From assembly GCA_963701665.1 (NCBI GenBank), contig OY969622.1:576001-640000 (forward strand): 64,000 nt of DNA, read 5' to 3'. The translations under genes and the position numbers were made by a program. Below are positions 57,684 through 64,000 of this stretch, one piece after another (position 1 is the first letter of the stretch; the number at the start of each line of letters is the position of its first letter). Under the pieces are notes generated by a model. That model was not told where the DNA came from. It did no database searches and saw only the letters and a program-made list of their open reading frames with translations. This DNA comes from Candidatus Babeliales bacterium (GTDB lineage: Bacteria > Babelota > Babeliae > Babelales > JANWKD01).

Positions 57684-59276
57684 TTACGATGGCGTTAGAA
57701 AATTATAAGTGCCATACATACGGTGAATAACGGCCCTTTTCTGTTCAATAGTTAAAGCAGCCTTCAAGAGATCATCAAGATCTTCCATGAATGAACATTG
57801 ATCATGTTTTGGTAGATTGGTGACTTGCTTTTTCAATTCACTGATCCAAAATACTACAAAGCCAAGATCCATTGGCAATATCTCATCTGCATTAGTATAT
57901 TTATTCAACGTGCGATGAATTAGCCGTGTGCAGTTTTTTAACGGTAGAATATTTCTCTTGTTGATATAATGAAGTGTTTCCTTACTAGCATTGTATACTA
58001 ATTTGCCAATAATGAACGTCGGAACGAGGGCAAATAATTCTATAATAAGCTGGTTTGAGCGCAGATTTTTTACCATAAGATTATATGTCTTAATACCGTT
58101 GTTTACCAGCTCTGTTACCTGTGTTTTAGCATGCAAGACTTCAATTTCTAGTGTTTGTGGTAATTCTCCGTACAGCGTATTCTTAATAGGATTCTTCATA
58201 TATTCATTTCTGTCATGTATAACCTGTGGAATATGCCCGTTATTTGCGTCTTCGATTTCTTTTTCTATATCGTATTCACTGACGGTTCCAGAAATATGGT
58301 TTCTTGTAAAAAGATAGTCACGCATTTTCCTGAGATAATACCATGTACCTCCCCAAATGCCCTTTGCTTCTTCGTTTTGATTGAGGTGTTTTCTATATGC
58401 TCTTATGCGGTCATTTCTTGCTTCACGCTCAATTTCTACCGTTTGGTCATCAACGGGGCTGCTCTCCATATATTGCGAATTATCAGTGAGTATGTCTACA
58501 GAATTAGCAATAGGATCGTGAACATGGCTGTGCCAATAATTATCTAAAGCGGTCGTTGCTTTTGCATACCATTCTTTAATATTTTTTTGGTTGCGAAAAG
58601 CATAGACAGCCAAGGCCACCGTGCTAGCGGTTAGCGCGGAATAGGCAAGCCAATTTCGTCTGAAATGATTTGGTTTTTTGTATCCTTGGTAGGCGTCGCA
58701 CATACGATAATAAAATGTGTTCAGATTTTTTTGATTGCTGACAAGCAACTGAGACCATTGTTGTTGTGACGTTTCTTGGTACGGTAAAACAATATCATAT
58801 GGTTGCGCGTGTTCTGGCGAAACGCAGCTGTGAACGAGTGAGAGTAGTTCACGCATATATTTTTCAATATCATACGCGCTTTCTGCATGATAATTTTTTA
58901 TTAAATAATAATGGATTCGCCCGAGATAATAGGCATTTTTTTCAAGTGCCTTTTTTAAAAAAACTATTTTTTCATAAAGTTCCTGCTCTTGGGCCTTATC
59001 GGTGAACCATGCGGCCGGGCCCTTAGAAATAAAATAGCTAAAGGTGGTTAACTGCTGAAGATTCCAATAATCCATGTCTTCTGAGAGTTCATGAAGCAGT
59101 CTCTGGAGAATTTCTTTAAGTTCTTCTGCTTGATTGCAGCACTGATGAACAAATTCAAAATTGACCTGGTTAGCCAGAGTTATAGTGAGTAGGGGGGCTG
59201 GGGCTTCAAGGGTGTAGGTCATAGAGGGGGATAATAGGAGGACGGCAATGAGTGATTGTTTCAATAAAGTAATCAT
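57684..59276 (-). CDS. NCA2/DGS1-like protein (eukaryotic mitochondrial membrane protein family) with signal peptide
   Basis: Colinear motifs YW...YFISKGP, KKP..FRRNW..Y+TM, W..HV.DPI, NPIKNTLYGEL...L.I.V...K, LRSNQL...L.ALVP+TM, DL.DL......EQK..VI.RM...Y.FL match the family as I recall it. Confidence 0.65.
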   Translation of the reverse strand: MITLLKQSLIAVLLLSPSMTYTLEAPAPLLTITLANQVNFEFVHQCCNQAEELKEILQRLLHELSEDMDYWNLQQLTTFSYFISKGPAAWFTDKAQEQELYEKIVFLKKALEKNAYYLGRIHYYLIKNYHAESAYDIEKYMRELLSLVHSCVSPEHAQPYDIVLPYQETSQQQWSQLLVSNQKNLNTFYYRMCDAYQGYKKPNHFRRNWLAYSALTASTVALAVYAFRNQKNIKEWYAKATTALDNYWHSHVHDPIANSVDILTDNSQYMESSPVDDQTVEIEREARNDRIRAYRKHLNQNEEAKGIWGGTWYYLRKMRDYLFTRNHISGTVSEYDIEKEIEDANNGHIPQVIHDRNEYMKNPIKNTLYGELPQTLEIEVLHAKTQVTELVNNGIKTYNLMVKNLRSNQLIIELFALVPTFIIGKLVYNASKETLHYINKRNILPLKNCTRLIHRTLNKYTNADEILPMDLGFVVFWISELKKQVTNLPKHDQCSFMEDLDDLLKAALTIEQKRAVIHRMYGTYNFLTPS

Positions 59277-59453
59277 AAAAACCCTTTTTACTTATTCCAA
59301 TAGGGTAAAATAGAAGCTCTAAATCCTACTATATCATAAAATGACCATTATTTCTAAAGGGTATTGCTCTGGTATTCTAGACAGAACGCGCTAATATGAT
59401 AAACTTACTATAAAATTGATCATATATTTAAAGTAATTCCAAAAGGAAATTTG

Positions 59454-59816
59454 ATGGCAACAGATAAAGCTGATAAGAAAAAATCAGAAAAAACAGCATC
59501 GTTGTTTCCTCGTTATGCTATTTTTCAAACGGGCGGTAAACAGTATCAAGCAATTGAAGGAAAAACAATTGCGATAGAAAAAATTGAAGGCGATGCAGGT
59601 TCAACTATAGAATTTAGCGACGTACTTTTAAGAAAAACAGGCGATAGCGACATTCAAGTAGGGCAACCATTCCTCAAAGCCCCTATCAAAGCTTCCATCG
59701 TAAAACAGATGCGCGGGCCAAAAGTCGTGATTTTCAAGTTTAAACGCCGTAAAAAGTCACGCGTTAAAAAGGGTCATCGCCAGTCAATTACCGTGATCCG
59801 CATCGAAGCTATCTAA
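59454..59816 (+). CDS. rplU: 50S ribosomal protein L21
   Basis: YAIFQTGGKQY, VGQPFL, KVVIFKFKRRK..R.KKGHRQ..T. Confidence 0.96.
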   Translation: MATDKADKKKSEKTASLFPRYAIFQTGGKQYQAIEGKTIAIEKIEGDAGSTIEFSDVLLRKTGDSDIQVGQPFLKAPIKASIVKQMRGPKVVIFKFKRRKKSRVKKGHRQSITVIRIEAI

Positions 59817-59846
59817 CGCTGGGTACAAAGTAACATAAACAAGAAT

Positions 59847-60000
59847 GTCATTGCGATCCTACTTCGCTCTACGAGCTACGAAGGAGCTGGCAACCTGTTC
59901 TACGAAGTTTTAACGAAGTAGAACCCAGCTTATAAAATGAGTTCATTAAAGGATTTATTAAAGTTCTGGATCCCCACGTCGCTGCGCTCCTCGGGAAGAC
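59847..60000. repeat. REP/REPIN-like doublet, copy 3, with extra nested hairpins in the left arm
   Basis: GTCATTGCGA...GGCAA, shared spacer TTATAAAAT.AGTTCATTAAAGGA.TTA.TTAAAGTT, right arm TGGATCCCCACGTCGCTGCGCTCCTCGGGAAGAC. Confidence 0.8.
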
Positions 60001-60020
60001 ATTTTCTTGTAGGTAAAATT

Positions 60021-60046
60021 AAAGCCTCCTAATAGGAGGCTTTTTT
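60021..60046. terminator. Bidirectional intrinsic terminator
   Basis: AAAGCCTCCTA-a-TAGGAGGCTTT followed by a T run, between convergent rplU and the trkA-like gene. Confidence 0.8.
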
Positions 60047-60695
60047 ATTTTGATGGTAACTTAGCGAGTGCTATAAGTTTTTCTATTGGGCCAGCAAACA
60101 CGAGTTGCTCATCCTCATTGATCAAATAATCGACATCGATAGGGACGATACGATCGTTTTTTCTGACAGCTATACAATGAACCGAATATTTATCAAAAAG
60201 TCGTAATTCGCCCACTGTTTTGCCGACAAATTTAGAAGGGGTTGTTATTTGGCTAAAGCCGAAATCGGGTGTGATACGCGTGATGTGCGCGTGTGGATAA
60301 CTGAGGGTATCGGCGAGTTTACGGCCAATTTCTTGCTCGGGTAAGACGACTTGGTCTGCGCCGATAAGTTTTAAAATATCTTTATGAATTTCGCTGACAG
60401 CGCGCGTTATGACATGGCGCACTGAAAGCCTTTTTTTAAGTAACGCGGTTACCAAGATTGATTCTGCAAAATTTTCGCCCATGGCGACAATAACGGTGTC
60501 CATGTCTTCAACGCCAATTGAGCGCAAGGAATCTTCATCATGTACTTTGAGGCATACAGCTTGTGTGATGTGATCACGAATGGAAGCAACAATCGATTCA
60601 TTACTATCAATACCAAGAACTTCCATACCATTTTCAGCTAATGTCGTAGCGACACGAAAACCAAATCTACCAAGCCCAATAACACAAAATTTCAT
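60045..60695 (-). CDS. TrkA/KtrA-family K+ uptake regulatory (RCK) subunit
   Basis: VIGLGRFG NAD-binding motif, GADQVVLPE, TrkA-C domain. Confidence 0.92.
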   Translation of the reverse strand: MKFCVIGLGRFGFRVATTLAENGMEVLGIDSNESIVASIRDHITQAVCLKVHDEDSLRSIGVEDMDTVIVAMGENFAESILVTALLKKRLSVRHVITRAVSEIHKDILKLIGADQVVLPEQEIGRKLADTLSYPHAHITRITPDFGFSQITTPSKFVGKTVGELRLFDKYSVHCIAVRKNDRIVPIDVDYLINEDEQLVFAGPIEKLIALAKLPSK

Positions 60696-60720
60696 ACGAT
60701 GAAGACCTTCTTTTATATAT

Positions 60721-62055
60721 TTAACCTAATATAATTCTTTCTTCTGGATAAGAATATTCTGGGTTTTCGTGCTTTCTTAGAAACACAAGAACAATTCCTA
60801 AGGCGCCTATGCGTCCAATAATCATGCTCATTATGATAAAAAATTTTCCGATAGGGGAAAGATAAGGAGTAATGCCTGTTGAAAGCCCGAGTGTGGCAAA
60901 TGCCGATACTGATTCAAAAAGGATATCCAAAAATGAAGCTCCTTCTTCTGTTATGAGCAAGCAAAATGTGGTGAATAGAATCCACATGCAGCCAAGAAGA
61001 ATAATGGCAATTGATTTAAATATTTGATCAAGTGCTATACTTCGGCCCATAATTCTTACCAACGTGTGTCCTTTAATGGCAGATTTAATGGTATTTATCA
61101 AAATAGTGAATGTTGTTACTTTGATACCGCTACCCGTTGATCCTGGTGAAGAGCCGATAAAAGCCATAACCATGATGAGCAATAGTGTCGCTAGTTGCAG
61201 TTGATCGACGGGAATAGTTGTAAATCCTGTTCCACGCAATGCAATGCCATTAAAAAGTGCATTAACAAATCCTTGCGGCAATGCAAATGAAAGCAGCGTA
61301 TTATGGCGTTCAAGAATCCAATATATCAAGGTTGAAGATGTAATTAAAATGAAGGTCATTAACAGTACGATTTTACTGTGTAATGAAAGATGATAACGTT
61401 TGTTTTGTTTCCATGCGCGTATATATTTTACAATATCAAACCATGTTATGAAACCCAAACTTGAAATCGTCATGATACCAGATGCGGTGAGCAATAAACC
61501 CATATTATATTTGTGGCTTATAAAGCCAAAAGGAAAGAGTGAAAGGCCTGCATCACAAAATGAAGAGACGGCATGAAACAATGATAAAAATAAAGCTTTT
61601 GAAGTAGGATAGTCTTTGTAAAGACTTGCAAACATTAAGAGCGTACCTATAGTTTCTATGAATATTGTGCCAATGATAATGAACACAAGCATACTTTTTA
61701 TATTTTTTGCATGTTCGACATCAAGAAGTTGTCCTGCCATAAGCTGTGTTTTAAAACCGAATTGAACGAAGCATGACATTAAAAATAATGTTAACGTTAT
61801 GAGGCCAAGGCCACCAATTTGCACAAGAATGAGCACCATACAATGACCAAAGGTAGTGAAATTACCCAAATGTACGGTCAATAAACCACACGTGCATAGA
61901 GCTGAGGTCGCGGTAAAAATGGTATCGAGCAGAGGAATCGGCACGCGCTGACTCCATGGTAATGCAAGTAAAAATGAGCCTACGACAATTGCCGTCACGA
62001 TAGAAATGAGAATAACGCGCGCGGGAGAAAAATGTGCCATACTCCGAGGAGACAT
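60721..62055 (-). CDS. TrkH/KtrB-family K+ uptake membrane subunit
   Basis: FTATSALCTCGL, LVQIGGLG, SSFCDAG, MFIG.SPGSTG.GIKVTT, ESVSAFATLGLSTG, MIIGRIG. Confidence 0.92.
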   Translation of the reverse strand: MSPRSMAHFSPARVILISIVTAIVVGSFLLALPWSQRVPIPLLDTIFTATSALCTCGLLTVHLGNFTTFGHCMVLILVQIGGLGLITLTLFLMSCFVQFGFKTQLMAGQLLDVEHAKNIKSMLVFIIIGTIFIETIGTLLMFASLYKDYPTSKALFLSLFHAVSSFCDAGLSLFPFGFISHKYNMGLLLTASGIMTISSLGFITWFDIVKYIRAWKQNKRYHLSLHSKIVLLMTFILITSSTLIYWILERHNTLLSFALPQGFVNALFNGIALRGTGFTTIPVDQLQLATLLLIMVMAFIGSSPGSTGSGIKVTTFTILINTIKSAIKGHTLVRIMGRSIALDQIFKSIAIILLGCMWILFTTFCLLITEEGASFLDILFESVSAFATLGLSTGITPYLSPIGKFFIIMSMIIGRIGALGIVLVFLRKHENPEYSYPEERIILG

Positions 62056-62082
62056 GCGTACAATTCCTTATTTATTATACGT

Positions 62083-62667
62083 TTATCGTAACCATAAAAG
62101 GGTAACGATTACTAACGCTGTAAATAAGAGTACAAGAAGATTAAAGTATCGGTCAATACATTCTTTGATCTGCCGTCCCCAAATCATAATGATGCCAGCA
62201 ACAAGAAAAAAGCGTGCGCCGCGAGAAATCAATGAATAGAGCACAAAAGGAACAAAGGGCAGTTTGCAAAACCCTGCCGTAAGAGTAACCACTTTATAAG
62301 GCAGCGGCGTGAACCCAGCAATCAGTACAGCCCATGATTCATACTTTGTGTAATTTTCAAGCGCGTGTTCAAATTGTTGCGGTGTAAAAAGAAGATGCAC
62401 AAGCCATGAACCAATTGATTCCCAAATAGCAAATCCAATGTAATAGGCTGCAATACCGCCTGCTACTGAGGCAGCAGTTGCCAACGTGGCATAGTACAGT
62501 GACTTGGTACGATCTTCAATGCAATAGAGGATCAAAAGTGGATCAACGGGAATAAAAAAGATTGCCTCAATAAAAAATAAAAAAACTAATAACGGTGTGG
62601 CGTATGGCGTGTGTACTTGTTTGCCAAACCAATCATAGAGCCGTTTTAATGATAATGTTGCAATCAT
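62083..62667 (-). CDS. YqaA/DedA-family (VTT domain) membrane protein
   Basis: FIEAIFFIPVDPLL, ASVAGG...Y.IG, AGFTPLPYKV....AG, SRGARF. Confidence 0.88.
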   Translation of the reverse strand: MIATLSLKRLYDWFGKQVHTPYATPLLVFLFFIEAIFFIPVDPLLILYCIEDRTKSLYYATLATAASVAGGIAAYYIGFAIWESIGSWLVHLLFTPQQFEHALENYTKYESWAVLIAGFTPLPYKVVTLTAGFCKLPFVPFVLYSLISRGARFFLVAGIIMIWGRQIKECIDRYFNLLVLLFTALVIVTLLWLR

Positions 62668-62692
62668 ACTATTCCTTTCATGACTTTTTTTA

Positions 62693-64000
62693 TTATAAAG
62701 AAAGCATCGCTTTCAAATATTCTTTTACAGAATTGATGGGTAACCGTTCTTGGGTAGTTGAATCGCGATGACGAATAGTTACACAATGATCTTGCTCAGA
62801 ATCAAAATCATACGTAAAACAAACGGGTGTGCCAATTTCATCATGTCTTCTATAACGTTTGCCGATAGACCCTGAATCATCAAAATCAATGGTAATGCCC
62901 AATTTTTTTATATCATTATATAACGCAAGCATAGGTTCTGAGAGTTTTTTTGTTAAAGGCAAAAAGGCTGCTTTAATGGGAGCAATAGTTGGTTTAAATC
63001 TGAGAACAACGCGCGTTTCTCCTTCAACAACATCTTCATAATACGCATCAAAGAGCAAGGTAAGAAAGAGACGATCGACACCAACGGAGGTTTCTACAAC
63101 ATGCGGCATGTAGGAGGCTTTCGCTTCTTCGTCAAACACTGCTAAATCTTTGCCAGAGAATTTGGAATGTTGCGATAAATCAAAATCGCCTCGATGTGCA
63201 ATTCCCTCAATTTCTTTCCAGCCAAAAGGAAAATGATATTCAACATCGGATGTGCCTTTTGAATAGTGGGATAATTCAGTTTTTTCATGCGAGCGCAAGC
63301 GAACTTTTGTTGCATCTAAGCCAAAAAAACGAGCGTATGATTCAAGACGAGATTTTGTCCAAACATCAAAAAAATAATCCGAGGTTTCAGGTTTACAAAA
63401 CCATTCCATTTCCATTTGTTCAAATTCGCGCATACGGAATAAAAACTGCTTTGGCGTGATTTCATTTCTGAATGCTTTACCAATTTGCGCAACGCCAAAA
63501 GGTATTTTTACTCGCGATGAACTCATAATGTTTTTGAAATTAATAAAAATCGATTGAGCTGTTTCGGGACGTAAATACGCAACAGAAGCATGTTCAACGG
63601 ATGCGCCAAGCTGTGTTGAGAACATCATGTTAAATTGGCGCACGTCTGTCCATGCTGTTTTACCACAATGAGGGCATGCTTTTTTCAGATCAATGTCATC
63701 GGCACGATAGCGGTGTTTACAGTTTAAACAATCAACTAATGGATCATTAAAATTTTCGATATGTCCTGAAGCTTTCCATACCATTTCGGGTCCAAGAATG
63801 GCGCCTTCAAAAAGAACGATATCTTCTTGAGTAGCTTGTAATGACTGCAGCCATGCTTTTCTAATATTTTGTTTGAGTAGGGTTCCTAGCGGGCCAACAT
63901 CATAAATGCCATTGAGCCCACCATAAATTTCGGCAGATGGATAAACAAAGCCTCTTCTTTTGCACAAAGCTACTAACTTTTCAAGGGTAACAACTGATTC
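62693..64000 (-). CDS. glyQS: Glycine--tRNA ligase, homodimeric (alpha2) type; 5' end lies beyond the window
   Basis: LCKRRGFVYP..EIYGG, YLRPETAQ.IF, GKAFRNEITP..F.FR.REFEQME, GSIGKRYRR.DEIGTP; frame open to base 64000. Confidence 0.95.
   Translation of the reverse strand, partial: ESVVTLEKLVALCKRRGFVYPSAEIYGGLNGIYDVGPLGTLLKQNIRKAWLQSLQATQEDIVLFEGAILGPEMVWKASGHIENFNDPLVDCLNCKHRYRADDIDLKKACPHCGKTAWTDVRQFNMMFSTQLGASVEHASVAYLRPETAQSIFINFKNIMSSSRVKIPFGVAQIGKAFRNEITPKQFLFRMREFEQMEMEWFCKPETSDYFFDVWTKSRLESYARFFGLDATKVRLRSHEKTELSHYSKGTSDVEYHFPFGWKEIEGIAHRGDFDLSQHSKFSGKDLAVFDEEAKASYMPHVVETSVGVDRLFLTLLFDAYYEDVVEGETRVVLRFKPTIAPIKAAFLPLTKKLSEPMLALYNDIKKLGITIDFDDSGSIGKRYRRHDEIGTPVCFTYDFDSEQDHCVTIRHRDSTTQERLPINSVKEYLKAMLSL

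Noticed and set aside
18895..60000. Palindromic repeats as a CRISPR array
   Set aside because: Copies are dispersed and inverted, not tandem with unique spacers; no cas genes in the window.
73..63498. Numerous short antisense or overlapping ORFs in the ORF track (e.g. 5818..6180, 8556..8819, 15729..16148, 27414..27797, 29867..30175, 54260..54460, 57991..58547)
   Set aside because: They overlap better-supported genes or regulatory spacers and show no motifs or RBS.

Overview
Low-GC bacterial chromosome segment. Gene content points to an obligate intracellular parasite of protists, most likely phylum Babelota/Dependentiae (TM6). This is inferred from the many ankyrin proteins, signal-peptide orphans and a Cys-rich beta-barrel-like protein, not proven. 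Housekeeping blocks are MATE-gatC-gatA, uvrA, uppP-ftsK, murF-rsmH-spoVG-tRNA-Gln(UUG), hspR-like/htpX, ychF, psd, mutS, rplU, Trk/Ktr K+ uptake, a DedA/YqaA gene and alpha2-type GlyRS. They alternate with AT-richer accessory blocks. Best candidates for new biology: (1) a signal-peptide-bearing polymorphic toxin plus DUF2247-type immunity gene, bracketed by two paralogous AAA+ ATPases that end in a membrane helix and an 11-residue Gln/His-rich repeat stalk (1-5.5 kb); (2) an apparently full-length bacterial homolog of the eukaryotic mitochondrial protein NCA2/DGS1 (57.7-59.3 kb); (3) thirteen exported orphans sharing a 'signal peptide then Met' N-terminus, several with eukaryote-type motifs (NLS + BC-box + ankyrin, poly-Pro + WH2, CaaX); (4) a dispersed REP/REPIN-like hairpin doublet with compensatory stem changes. 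Also present: an IS5-family element splitting a secreted-protein gene, a lincosamide-nucleotidyltransferase-like gene inside a collapsed ankyrin/maf duplication, a four-member mosaic paralog array, and a UvrA lacking its insertion domain. Family assignments come from motif recognition by eye; no database searches were run.
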